DNA of 64,000 nt from Welwitschia mirabilis (Eukaryota). Where the stretch lies: the NCBI GenBank assembly GCA_051453625.1, contig JBOZIK010000001.1:48093294-48157293 (forward strand), written 5' to 3'. The notes under the pieces are model-generated. The model made no database searches, had not been told where the DNA came from, and saw only the letters and a list, made by a program, of their open reading frames with translations. Numbering within the stretch: position 1 is the stretch's first letter; each line of letters starts with the position of its first letter. Shown piece by piece: positions 13,706-26,700 of this stretch. Position numbers and translations under genes: made by a program.

Positions 13706-16700
13706 GTATGTTCTACTACAGTTCATTTTAGTCTTTTTTGTAAATTTTATGCATATTTGTTATCTTGGTTCGTATAGATACCTATCTTTAGTTGAAAAAT
13801 ATCTTCTGGTTTGCAGAATCTAATATCTCATTAACCAATGTTGGAGGAGTTTCCTTATCCCTAATTCTTGAAATTTGTCAGGACCTAAGTTCTTTAGGTA
13901 TTACTGCTTTTGGGCCAAGAAGAAAGATAGCCCAAGCACTGCAACAACTCAGAAGTGGATGTAATGAAGCTTCAGACAACCCTGGTACAGGGCACCGAAA
14001 AACAGAGCTCACACTGACTGACAGCAATCAATCCAAAGAAAGTGGAACCAAACTGATTACCGAGTACTTCCCTGGATCCTCAGTTAAAATAAAAAGACAA
14101 CATGATCCCAGTCCACAGAACAATAGAGAAGAAAGGCAAAATGCAGGATCATCCTATCAGAAAAGGAAGAAGATGAAAGCTTGGCGTGGACATGCAGCAC
14201 TAACTGGTATCCCAGATTGGCTGTGTATTCCAGGAACCTCATTTAGAGTGGTATGTTTCCTTTTATGATTCAGTAAATGTGAGATATATGAGGTACATCA
14301 TCAGCATTGTGTTTTGGCTGGTACCTTCGAAAGGTTATAAATTTATTCAATAGTCTTCTTGCAAGGGGCCTAATATTGATGCTATACCGATTTTCTTTTC
14401 CCTTGAACTTACTTGGAAATGCTGTTATGAGGTAAAGATTTTTGATTATCCCCTTACATAAATTTTGTTGCTGCTCCTTGTAGATGAGTGACTTACACAT
14501 GTTTCCTTGCCAAAGTGGTTTGTGGACAAAAGAATCCTTCCTTCGTTTGACTGCACCATGGGATCTTTCTCCGGGAATACTTTGCGGAGAATCTCTACTT
14601 GCTTTGGCACTTGTATTCTATGTTGTGTTTGCTGTGATTGACCATTAAGATAATTGCATGTTTCTTGTATTGTGTGTGTTTTGCCATGTTTATAACATTT
14701 TCAACCCAATTGGATTCATCTTCAGGGTCTTTTCTGTTTTTTCTTTTTTCCCCCAATTCTTAACTGCCAATCTTCTTATTTTTCCTCTAGACAATAAAAT
14801 GCATTGCATTGACACTTTAAGATCAGAATTCTAAAGTATAAAATTATTCAGAATGTGCTGCGCTGCTAGTAAATGATCCAAAAGTTATTATTTTAAAGAT
14901 NNNNNNNNNNTGAAGCTACCGAAGTGGAATTACACTTTTAAGTGACCTCAATCAAAAATGTATATGTAGCAGGCACTGAAGAACATAAATGATTGAATGC
15001 CAACACAATGTGAGAAACACAATTACATTCTTCCATGAAAAAATCAACTGATCAGGATCCTAACATAAAATGAAATAAAGTTATGGACATAACTCACAAC
15101 TGCAGAATTTGGTAGGCGTGTCGCTGACGCCAAATGAAAGAGAAAGGTTTTTATTGGAAGTAGCAACTTTGATCCCTTAATTTATGACTAATGGTAAAGA
15201 AATGATAAACAAGTAATATTAAATACAGCTGTTTCTGAAGTATAATTTACAACTTCAAGGTTGTGGAGCAACCTACTAGATGTTCAGATTGCTTAAAAGT
15301 GGTGCTGCCTGCATAGGTGCTAGTAAACTCATTCTAGTGCTGATAAGTGGATAACTCTGGTGTGTAAGATTCACTTTGCCTCTTAAGTGCATGACATTGC
15401 TCATTCTGGATTTTGCTTAAGATTCTTCACAGGAAGAGCCATTTCTTGCCAAGTGAGAGGTTGAAGATAGCCTATATGGGTGACTAAAATATTTGGACTT
15501 AGCGAGTGTCACACTTAGAGCTGGTAGATTTGAAGATCTAAACAAATAAACAATTTCACAAACACTCACAAGAGGGATCCCAAATAAGCCACTACAAAGC
15601 CAAATGAAATGTAACATGGCTCAAAATTCGGAAATATACTTATAGTGTGAAGGAGAACAGAATAGGTCCAGAAGGCCACCCTACTCGAGCCGGAAGCAGT
15701 TTTATGCAGTTTCTGGGAGTTACACATTTCAGGCATCATCAGCTTCTAATATTATGCAGTTTGCCTTTCATGCCTTATCATGTGTAAATATATTAAAGTA
15801 TAGGAATGCAACATGAGAGAACATTGCACTGGTTTTCAAAACTATACATATATATAAGTTCGGACCTGTTCATAAATTGAAGTTAATTTTAGTGAGCCTG
15901 TAAAACATATGCACAGTAAATGTTGAATATGATGGTGTGAATTTGGTTATCTCTAGCCTTTCATTTGCAAATTATGAACCTTCACAGATGAATAATAATT
16001 TTTTTAGATCCTGCATCTCAATGGCAATCTACCTTGTTAATAAGTTGCTTATCAATATTACATTTTATGTAACACCTATTTTTTGTTTGGCAGGATGCTT
16101 TTCGTTATCTGAGAGGAGATTGCTCACATTGGTTTCTGTCTCATTTCCATGCTGACCGTAAGTCGTTTAATCTCTTGACAGAATTAAGTATTGTGGTGAA
16201 ACTATTGTACTAGAATGGAGATATAACATAAAATTTCAGCCGCCCAGAATTCTTGGTTGCATAAGAAATCCCTCTTTTTAATTAAACATTGTGCCAAAAG
16301 CCTATATCTGAGCACGTTATAGGGACTGGCATTGATACAAGGCTCATGGGTAAGAGGAATATTAACAAAATGATGAAGTGCTGAGGAGAATAGACATATG
16401 AAGAAACGTGGAACGACCATAGACACGGCGTGGATGATAGTGAAGGAGTTGATTGAAAAAGGGAGTTATCATGTAAGAATTAATAAGATACACTGTGCTA
16501 TTACGTCACTAACCATTTAGAAACATAAGAAACAGATGTCAAGATTGTTAGAATGAAACCAAATATTTAATTGTGTCCTTTGTTCCCTTCTGTAATATCA
16601 TTGGCTGTTTGTATGCACTTCCCATCAGTTTTATGATGAAATTTGAAATTTGCAGCATTGAATGTGAGTGGACAAAGCACAACAAAAAGGGAAATAGAAT

Positions 16701-19075
16701 GAAGATATTAAGGACACTAAAATTTAACTTCTAAAAAATGGGATTTCATATCCCAATCCAAACCACGTTCTATGCCGAGGCATGTTGTTATTAAGGACGC
16801 TGGAATTTAACTTATAAAATATGCGAAGGATTCATCGTGTCCAACATCGAGGACCTCTTGGGCATCTCCTCGGTGGGTATGCTCAAATGGTGATTGCTCT
16901 ACTAGTAGTTGGCCTTGTTCAAACATTGCACTTCCAACGACCTCTGCCGTACTTCTGCCCTCCTCTTCTATCATGGGATCGTTGGCCCTAGAGATCACCA
17001 TCGTGGACACATCTGGATGTACACACGCTGATTCTCATTCACTGTTTTCATTAGACCCCACCAATCCATTTGTTCTGGCTTGCTCGTTCGATTTGGCTAC
17101 AAAATTGAGCGTCCTTCCATCGATGACCAACACACAAGCTTTTAATTTTATCTATGGTTTACTTCATCATTTGAATTTTGATTTGTGTTTTTGCTTTTGC
17201 TCTGTCTCTGTTTTCTGCTGCGATTTTTTAACAAGAATGCTAAAAGCAACAAAGGCTAAGCTCGTCAGGCACTATTTTAAGTTTTAATTATCACAGGTAG
17301 TAAACCATACAAAAATAATCTAAGACGTACCTGAAAATGTCCTTTTTTATTAGTACTTGTGAAAAAGAGATGTTTTTACATGCACTTTAGCCGCTTCTGT
17401 CGAGCCTGAAATAATTTTCAATTCAATGGTACGCGTGTGCCTGCACTTGTATTATCATTTGAAGTACCAATGTAGCAGCTTTTTGAAATTGATATTTATG
17501 ATGTTTCAAGAAACAAGGCCACATAGAATGAGAGGAATGAAAATATATATTTTGTTCCAGATTATCAAGGACTCACAAAAGGTTTTCGCTATGGCAAAGT
17601 ATACTGTTCATTAGTTACAGCACGCCTTGTTAATATGAGGATTGGAGTTCCATGGGATCGGCTTCATGCTTTACCCTTAAATGAAAGGATAAATATTGAT
17701 GGAGTGTACGTCACATTCATTGATGCCAATCACTGCCCTGGATCTGTTATCATCCTATTTGAACCTCCCAATGGAAAGGCAAGGATCTACAATTCATTAT
17801 ATTCAAATTAAAATGGGTTTAGTAGTTTGTAACTTTCCATGAAAGTCATGGCATATTCTGTGTCTTTGACAGACAGTTTCCAAATATTGCAGCCTGTTCT
17901 TCATACTGGAGACTTTAGGTTCTGCCATGAAATGATTCGTAACCCTATCCTTGATTCCTGCAATATTCACACAGTTATTTTGGACACAACATATTGCAAC
18001 CCTCAGGTACTTCCCACACATAAAATAAAAACTCAGTGCAGTAGGCCTTGCACAAAATTGGATTTGTTTTGAACAAAACTTTTGTATACATTTTGCCGCA
18101 GTATGATTTTCCCAAGCAGGAAAGCGTAATACAGTTTGTCTTAGAAGCCATCCAAGCGGAAGCATTCAATCCAAGAACACTGTTCCTTATTGGCACATAC
18201 ACTATTGGTAGTGCCTTTATAAACTTTTTTTTTAATTGATCATATTGTTTTGATGCTATTAGCAATAAATGTGACATATCCTGTGGCATGCCAGGAAAGG
18301 AAAGAATATTTTTGGAGGTCGCAAGAGTCCTTCGCAAAAAGGTTTATGTCGGTGCAGCCAAGTTGAGACTGTTGGAATGCATGGGCTTCCCTCCAGAAGA
18401 TATGCAATGGTTAACATCCAATGAAGACGAAAGTCATATTCATGTGGTGCCCCTCTGGTCCATCGCTAATTTCAAGAGGATGAATTTCATTTCCAAACAT
18501 TATCACGTAATATTTAGTTTAATGTTTTGCAATTTGTTGCTTAGAATAAGAAAATGTTCTTGATTTTATAGTATGCTACAAGGAATTCACGGGATCCCTA
18601 ACCTATAATGTTGGGAAAGTTTAGGCCCTAATCACTTTCACTTCTCAACCAGTAATCCCAAATGATTGCTTGATTATATCCAACATTCCAAGTACCTTTT
18701 AGAGATCATTAAGATTGCTGAAGATTTCTGCAGGGCCGGTACAATTCTATCGTTGCATTCTCACCAACTGGATGGACTTTTGGAAAAGGAAAGAAGAAGA
18801 CACCTGGAAAAAGATGGCAGCAGGGAACCCTCATACGGTGCAATGAAAATATTCTAACAACATGTTCAATACAAGTCCCTTTTTGTTTATTGTTATTATA
18901 ACATGCCTTTTGGTCTTCTGGCTGTAGGTATGAAGTACCGTACAGTGAACACTGCAGCTTCACAGAATTGAAAGAGTTTGTCAAATTTATTGCACCTGAG
19001 ATTATAGTACCCAGTGTAAATAATAACAGTGCTCAAGCAGCCAATAACATGATTAGTCTCCTCCTCAGTGATTAG
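13538..19075 (+). CDS. SNM1: SAM domain-containing DNA cross-link repair nuclease (SNM1/PSO2/DCLRE1A family; metallo-beta-lactamase + beta-CASP/DRMBL), 9 visible exons, probably 5'-incomplete
   Basis: Exons 13538(or 13547)-13705, 13882-14250, 16094-16157, 17561-17778, 17893-18006, 18102-18207, 18295-18506, 18734-18837 and 18928-19075 join with consistent phases into 1503 nt (500 aa + stop), with no internal stop. Motifs: SAM WLEALGLSRYSDIFIREEIDWDTLRWLTEDDLSSLGITAFGPRRKI; MBL FRVDAF, FLSHFHADHYQGL, DANHCPGS, LHTGDFR, LDTTY; beta-CASP YTIGKER, FSPTGW, YEVPYSEHCSFTEL, VPSVN. Confidence 0.93.
13882..14250 (+). CDS. SNM1: SNM1-like exon B (SAM C-half, linker, start of MBL)
   Basis: Acceptor TTTGTCAG|GAC; encodes DLSSLGITAFGPRRKI...IPDWLCIPGTSFRV; donor GTG|GTATGT. 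Confidence 0.92.
16094..16157 (+). CDS. SNM1: SNM1-like exon C (HxHxDH metal-binding motif)
   Basis: Acceptor TTTGGCAG|GAT; encodes DAFRYLRGDCSHWFLSHFHAD(H); donor C|GTAAGT. Confidence 0.93.
17561..17778 (+). CDS. SNM1: SNM1-like exon D
   Basis: Acceptor TTCCAG|AT; encodes (H)YQGLTKGF...DANHCPGSVIILFEPPNGK; non-canonical donor AAG|GCAAGG. Confidence 0.9.
17893..18006 (+). CDS. SNM1: SNM1-like exon E
   Basis: Acceptor TTGCAG|CCT; encodes PVLHTGDFRF...ILDTTYCNPQ; donor CAG|GTAC. Confidence 0.92.
18102..18207 (+). CDS. SNM1: SNM1-like exon F
   Basis: Acceptor CCGCAG|TAT; encodes YDFPKQESVIQFV...LFLIGTYTI(G); donor G|GTAGTG. Confidence 0.92.
18295..18506 (+). CDS. SNM1: SNM1-like exon G
   Basis: Acceptor GCCAG|GA; encodes KERIFLEVARVLRKKVYV...ESHIHVVPLW...KHYH; donor CAC|GTAATA. 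Confidence 0.92.
18734..18837 (+). CDS. SNM1: SNM1-like exon H
   Basis: Acceptor CTGCAG|GGC; encodes GRYNSIVAFSPTGWTFGKGKKKTPGKRWQQGTLI(R); donor CG|GTGCAA. Confidence 0.92.
18928..19075 (+). CDS. SNM1: SNM1-like terminal exon I
   Basis: Acceptor CTGTAG|G; encodes YEVPYSEHCSFTELKEFVKFIAPEIIVPSVNN...LLLSD followed by TAG at 19073-19075. Confidence 0.93.
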
Positions 19076-21259
19076 TCAAATTGATTGTTGGTTCTGCTTG
19101 GCTACTTTGGTAATTTGAAGAAGAGGGGAAAAAAAGAGATATTTATTTGATACGATAATGTATTAATTCAACAGGTTGGCTGGTGAGTGGTTTATGTGGC
19201 TTCTTCTAATCTAGGAGTGGAATGTATAAAAACAGTTGGAACACATTTTTGTTTCCTGTGGGAAAAAGAGACTGATGTCTTTATAAGAATGCTTCCTTAT
19301 GTGTATTGTTTGCAGGATATTTCTGTTCCCTGGAAAATTGTGTCTTTTATGACATGGGAAATTGTGGATGTAGACCTGTCAAACAATCCACATGTTTTTC
19401 TTCTACAGTAGGGGAAACCTAATGTTTATCTTAAAAAGGGTGTAAGACCAGAGTTTTACAGGAGCTTTTTCTCCAGTTTTGGCAATCTCAATTTTAATCT
19501 ATATTGTCCTATGTAAACTTCTGATTCTGATTCTGGTATATAATAGAGTTAGCGTTAGGCAAGCATTAAGCCAAGGCAATAAGATCTACATGGTTTTTCT
19601 GATGTGTGTTTCCTAGGAGCTGCAGTTTGCTTCATCTTGGTACCAGAGCTTTCGATTTTTAGTATTGCTTGTGATTCTTAGGTTTGAGAGGAATGACACC
19701 AAAAGAGAGTTCACCATCACCAATGTCAACAAGAGGAAGAGATAGAGGCTGCTTGTATGCTTTGGCTTGCAAGTTGGATATGAAGGTTTTAATGGAAGAT
19801 ACCGAGGAAGAAGAAGAGAGGTCTAAGAGAAGGAACTGCATCCTTAAAAAAAGTCGAAAAGAACCCTAGTGTTAGACCATGTGAGGCTGCAAAGGAGAAT
19901 CAAAAACACATAAGACATGCACCATGCACCACCTCAAGAACATACCTGCAGTAAAGATGCAATGAGAATGAATCTGATCAAGAGAAGGGTCCTGCTATAG
20001 GAGAATCATGGAGAGAGCACATTCAAGGATGAGTTTGTTTGTTAATTTTGCTAACTGGTAATGGAAGAGGATTTCTGTCATTTTAGACAGCGCATGCTTA
20101 GATAATTTGATTTCTTATATAGTGCTTGAAAAGTTGGGACTGTCCATTGTCACACATCCTTATCCGTATTTTCTTATGATTAGAAAATGAACAACATACT
20201 TTAGTATGAGAGCAATGTGATATTCAAATTCAAAATTCATAATTATGTTGATTAAGTGAGATGTGATGTTGTAAAGATAGATGCCTTCTGCCTTTTGCTG
20301 GTTTGGCCTCTGGTGTGTGACAATGTATTTATGACCGACAATGTATTTATGAAAGGGCTGAAGAATAGATACAAAACCAGGCAGGATGATGAGATTTAAA
20401 ATTTGCTTCCTTCTATATTAGAAATTTTCAAGCTAGAAAATAAAGTCAAGATGTGTTTATTTAGAGGAGGATATTTTAATTGATGTATGTGATATCAAGG
20501 AAAGGACGACCCGAAGATATAAGTATCATGACTACTTTATTAAATTTTCTAATGGAGGTAATGCGCATAACAAAGGGGTTATAGAAAATCGTCATGGAGG
20601 CCAAGATCCCCATATTCAATTTAGGGTACGAAATTTATTTTCAAGGTGGAAGGTATAATGCAGGGACATCCTTTTAATGAAGGATAGTTTTCACTTGCAA
20701 AATGTATTTGGAATGATAGTAGAGATATTAGCATGACTTCAGTAGAGGATGATTAAACTTTCTAGGTGATTTTTGGTATTTATTAGCATTTATTAGTGGG
20801 GTGATGAAACCTAAAAGTCAACCAATTGAATATTTGAAATAAGGGCTTAAAAAAATTTAAAAGAAGCCTTAGTTAAACACTAATTTGATGGATAAACCCT
20901 AAAAACCATAAAAAGACTAGGAAAACACTTTGTTTCAGGAACAATTGTGAAATGCTCAAATTGGTAGTTGAGTGGGAAATCTTTAAAGGAAAACTGTCAT
21001 GAGGTTTTTATGAAGGATGAAGTCAAGGATTAGCATGTTGTCTTGGTTTTGATTGTAACTCTGCTAGTATTAAAAAAATTTGAATCGGGATGTGAGCTGA
21101 AAAGAAGGCAAAACATCTTTAAGTTGCATTGTGTTCTTGATTATTTTGATGTCCTTTCATCACAGTTTTTCTTCATTGTGTTATTTGTTGAATGAAATTG
21201 TATTTATACGTTTTTGGTGCAGATCTCTGTCACTAAAAATGTTTAAATAAAGACTTATA

Positions 21260-22500
21260 GGATGATGATTGGGTAAAGTATCTAAAGCCTGAATTGTAGA
21301 AAATTGAAAGGGATCATACATGGGATCTAGTACATAGTTGGGGAAAAATGGTTTTCCATTAACAAACTAAATGTGGTAGGCGCTATATTCAAAAACAAAG
21401 TCAAAATTGGTAGCACAATGTCTCAACCCAAAAACTCCTATTTTGCTCTATTAGTTAGCAGGCTCATTATTTAGACAATTACAAAATTGATAATCTGTAA
21501 TTTGTGTTATTAGTAAAGATTTATACTTGACTACTTGCTATATTGTGTTTCGGATTAGTAGACTTTGCACGGATTTATATTTAATATTCATTGTGTTGTT
21601 TACATATGTTACCTAAAATTTTGTAGTTTGATGTGGCTAATTTTAATATCTTTTCTTATTAAATTAATATACTTATAACTTAGCTTTTTATTGCTTTTCA
21701 AATTTGAGCAAGTGAAATGATAGTATCTTGTTTATTGGGATATTATTTCTATGAAAGTACCATCTATTATAGTACATATTCTAAATTTGCTGTAACATTA
21801 GTATAGCTACGATTGGTTTGGAGGGCATAACTCTTTATAAATATTATGATGTTCATACTAGCTATATCTATGCATTGCTAATTTGGTATAGTATTAGTAT
21901 AGCTACGATTGGTTTGGAGGGCATGACTCTTTATAAATATTATGATGTGCATAATACCTATATCTAGGATTCGTATTATACAAGATAGCCAAACCTTTGA
22001 TCTATCTAAATGCCTCTTAGCATCATCTTAGAACATATGGACACAAAAAGAAATGTACCCTTACCTTGCTTAATCACAGATTTGTTTTACAATGCCATCC
22101 GTTCCTTTTTACCCTATGATAATTGGGATAGAGCCTTATTTGAAACTATTACACCTAGAAAGGTTACTCAAGTTTAGAAAAGTAAGGCTTTAGATTGGGT
22201 CTCAGGACATCAAAGAAGATAACAAGAAGAAGTAACTCTAGAAATACAAGAAGGAGTTGAATTTTATTCTCCTCCTCCTTCTTATGTTACTGGAAGAAGC
22301 AAGGATCCTGAGAGTGAGTCCTCACATGTACCATCTTCTCCATCACCTTCCCATCATCAGTCATCATCTTCTTCTTCTTGTAAGACTTTCTTAGAGCCTT
22401 TGTTTAAATCAAAGAAAACATGGCTTATGAAATTATGGAAGAAAATGAAGAGGATTGGAAAAAAAACAAGCATTTAAAACAAGAGAGCAAGGGATAGAGA
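21260..22500 (+). mobile_element. Highly degraded Ty1/copia (probably SIRE-like) fragment: RT start plus extra-ORF remnant
   Basis: 21261-21330 reads DDDWVKYLKPEL*KIERDHTWDLV (copia RT consensus W..AM.EEL..IE.N.TW.LV). ~22055-22090 reads VPLPCLITDLF, followed by a Ser-rich tail similar to the extra ORF at 52300-52850. Confidence 0.5.
21797..21966. repeat. Two-copy direct repeat, ~74 bp unit, 96 bp period
   Basis: ATTAGTATAGCTACGATTGGTTTGGAGGGCAT[A/G]ACTCTTTATAAATATTATGATGT starts at both 21797 and 21893. Confidence 0.95.
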
Positions 22501-22502
22501 GA

Positions 22503-23781
22503 GAGTTGCACTTAGTTATCATTCTTCCACAGAGATATATGTGGTAACTTAATCAAAAGGTGCAAGATTAATTCTACTTACAATGAAAAACTCAAATAAA
22601 ACAGAAACTTAAGAGAAAAAGTGATCTTCGATTGACTACGCAAGGAAACAAAAATGCTCCAAGGATTTAGTGATTCATGCAACTCTCCTTCTTGGCTCCA
22701 ATAATTCCTATATCCTAAAAATTTGAGATCAAGTAAGCTCCAACTAAAAATTGGTAATGGTAAATAAGTGTGTAATAACAAGGAAAGAATGAAACACACT
22801 TAGAATTAGTCCTACCTAAATATTACTAATGCCAAATTAATGTGTAATAACAATGAAATGGTTTAAATTAATTCTAAAAATGGTTTCACCTAAATATTGT
22901 CAATGCCAAGTAAATTGTGCAATAACAATGAAAGAGGTTAAACCAGTTGGTATATTAAAGTCTGAAAAATATACATTACATTAATGAAAGAATAGAAGAA
23001 GAAGAAGAAGAACTCCTTAACTATCATTGAACATTCTGCCCCAAAAAAGATTATCAGAGCATCATGACGTCCTACTCTCCAAGTCTTCCCCACATTAAAC
23101 CAACCAAAATATGTTTACAATGGATGCTCAAGGCCCTTTTATAGATGAAGGCAGGTTTGGGGAGTTACATTGTGATTGTGTTAGGCGGCAGTTACATGAG
23201 GGAGGTTACTTAAAGGCAATTACATAAGGCGGAAGTTATAAATATTTGGTATTTAGCCATAAAGAGGATTTCTTTATATATAATGCAAACATGGCAATGA
23301 TGTGTTTCTTGACTACTGATGATACTATCGATGGACGCCATATCATGTTTATTCCATGTGATCATCCTTGCTGTCGTCACATGTCGCTGCAACATGTTGA
23401 TTTGTACTTTTGCTAAGTGTAACTGGAGTTTAAGATTAAATCTGATTTATTTTCAATTGAGCCCATAAGGGACATGTGATTATTTCCCTAAATAGATTCA
23501 GGAACATGAGTTTTGCTGCATTTTTCATTAGAAGTTCGACGACACCGATAGTTTTGGCTAGTGGTGCCAATGTTTGGAGCCGAAGTTTGATTGGTTTATG
23601 CACAATTCTTCTAAAGGCTGTAATATGCCTTCTCATGTTAAGGGAAGTCCATATTTTCATGCAAAAGTAATGAAAAGGACAAAAAACATTAATATGTGAT
23701 AAAACCATTAATTTAATGTTTCTCCCTATGCTAAATCGATTAATTGTACTTGCTTAGAATGTCAATATTGGCACGTAAACA
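22503..23781 (-). repeat. 3' LTR (slightly truncated at its low-coordinate end)
   Basis: Colinear with 27531-28784, e.g. TTAGTTATCATTCTT[C/T]CACAGAGATATATGTG at the start and TTAATGTTTCTCCCTATGCTAAAT near the end. Confidence 0.9.
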
Positions 23782-26700
23782 CACCCCCTAACTAGTCTTT
23801 TGCTAGTCCCTTAGTAAAAAGTTGATGAAGAAATGGTGGTATGGAAAAATTGACTAGGTAAAAATGGAAAGCAAGAAAATGATACGACATTTTTGGAAAA
23901 TTTTGCTCAATTTTTAATAATGAGGTATCAAAAAAAAAAAAAATCCAGTAAAAATGGATGCCATATCCCCTAACCAAAATTTAACTTGATCCTCAAAGTT
24001 ACAAAGATAGAAAATTTCTACAAGGCCTTTGATGTAAGTTAATTATATGGCTACCAAATGAGTTAGATGAATGTATTTAGGGAAAACAATACAATGCAAG
24101 GCTTAAACTAAAATGCAATGTTTATGGAACACCAAACATGCAACCTATTGAAAGATTCCATTATCCACAACTTAAAAAGATAGACTACCTAAATTGATGG
24201 CTACATTTATTGAAAATTTCTTACATTTTATTCTAACTTTAAATGTGTTACAATATCATACAAAAAAGATATCCTCTAAGTAAACTTGTAAGTAATAAAA
24301 AATTAGTTAAGCAAATTCTCAAGTACACAAGTTAAAGAAAAGTAATCACAAAAAGCATCCCCAATTCCATGTTCTTCATTCTAATGTACCTTTTTGCACA
24401 ATCATGCCTTATTCCTTGTTTTAAGAATATTGATCTAATTGGGCGTTGAATATTGTGACATCTCCTTCCAATAGAGTTAAGCATGTTGATGAATGGAGGA
24501 ATTAGTGATGTATTTCTAGTGAGCACTTATAGCCCCAATGCAATTAAACATGTCATAAATTAAATCATTAAAGCTGTATTACTCACAAGCATCCATAGCT
24601 CCAATGTAATAAACTAAACCCAATTGTTAATGATTACTAACTAATGTGCTTTTGGAGAGGAGATATTTTTATTTTTGTTTTAATCATCCTTTTCATATTC
24701 AATACATTTTTATGCACATAAAGGGGTCATTGGCTTATTAGCCTAATCAAGGTAATTCTTGTCCCCATAAAATGCTTTGGAAAACAATTTACTTAGCATG
24801 AAAGTAGATTCCAATTTAATTCAACTACATTTTCTGGTTAGGATATCTTAAGTGAAAATAAACCTTAACAAGTTAATTTGAAAATAAGCAACACCTGTTC
24901 TCTAAAAATTACAGGTAAACTTAAATTCTACCTAGTTCAAAATAATAAAGCAATCACTGATTAATGGTTTAATCCAATTAAGGGTTATCGACTAAGATTA
25001 TCTAATATAAGGAACTCATAGATGGATGGAAGGGGAGGGTGGTGGTGGATTTTATTAAATGAATCCAAATGAAGGATGGTGGAAGATGAAATCTAAGGAG
25101 ATGATGGTTTATTTAGTGGATAGGATGGAATCTTGGATTTCCTACCTAAAAATGTTTAAGACAATGATTATATAAGTGGAAATGCTTGGGTGGTTTGAGG
25201 CGTGAAAGGATATTAAGCACAAAATTTTTAACATTTTTAATTTTTTAAACCAAAATTTATTCTAAAAGGAAAATATGATATAAAAGAAAATCCTAATTTA
25301 AAATCACACAAGGAAGCTAAAAATTGCTCAAGGCTTTTCGCAAGTTATTACACACGTGACTATTCAAAATGGTAAATGTGATGTTTGAATGAGGTGTCAA
25401 AATTATACAATGCATTTAAAGAAGAGAGTAAATGCCTATAAACATTTATATATGAATTCATAAAATTTCAAAGAATATTAACATTAGCAGTAAAATTTAT
25501 TCATTTGAAATTAGCAATTTTCCATCCCTTAGCCTGTTTCTGTTTACTCAAAAATTTATGCAAGACCTCATTTTTGGGTGCAAACAAAGGTGAATTGGAA
25601 ATCATTGAAGACGAATGATTATCAAAAGAAATATTATAAAATGGTTCCAAAGTTACAAAATCTCTGTCTTCATCATTAAAGTCTTATTCAAAAGATAAAG
25701 ATGAAAATATCATACTTGATTCAAGAGTTTGTTGAAAAAAGATTGGTCATAGAAAGGCTCTAGGCTAATATTCTCCTCTTTATTAATGTTATGCACTAGT
25801 GACATTGGTTGAGGTTCAAGGATAGCCTCATTTTCAATATTGCTACTTCTTTAGTGTCGCCTATTGATTCGTTCTTTGTTGTATGACATTCTAATTTGTC
25901 ATTTTTCTCAAATGATTGCTCACTAACTATAGATTGATCATTGTCATCTAAAATGTCTAATCCCACTATGAAGTACAATCCAAAGGCACCTAATCGATCA
26001 CTATCTAAGGCATGTCTAAACTTAGGGTCCTCTCAGCTTTCCTCGTAGGTTTCATCTTTGGCTTCTTCAAGGGTCTCTTCCTCATTACTATGGGATATAA
26101 TTTTGGATTCATCAATTCTAGTTTCATTAATCCCTTAAAAGTCTTCTAAGTTTTTAAGCTCATGGAATGTAGGAAGGATTTTTACTTCTTATTGTTAATT
26201 AAGGACCCTAAGATTTTAAGTGGTTTTCGTAGTATATCTTTTCAAAGACTGAGCATCAGTTTGAGGTGTGTTGGAAGAAGATTCAGAATCATCTTCTAGA
26301 AATCTCTAAAACATATCCTCAATGGAAGATGAGATGGTTTATTGGATGTATGAAGATGATGGGTGGTAATCAAAAGGTAATAAAGGGTATGAATTAAAGG
26401 ATGATGAAAGATATGGGAAGGAAAATGAAGGATATGAATCAAAATATGAAATTGAGATCAAGGGATAAGGATTATGAGGGGTAAAAGAAGGTGGGGGATC
26501 AAAATATAATGAGGATATACAATTTTTGAAATTCATAATTGCAAGTAGGTTGATCATCATATGGACAGGGTTGAAGATACTCTACAAAGGTTTATCTAAT
26601 TCAAATAAAGTTTCTTATGGTTCATTTGGATTGATTATGATTCTAAAGACCGTTAAGAATAAATAGGTTATGGATTAGAAGGTGTTTGAAATGGAAAATG

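Noticed and set aside
17803..18337. Two 120-aa - strand ORFs
   Set aside because: Antisense to SNM1 exons and introns, with no recognisable protein features.
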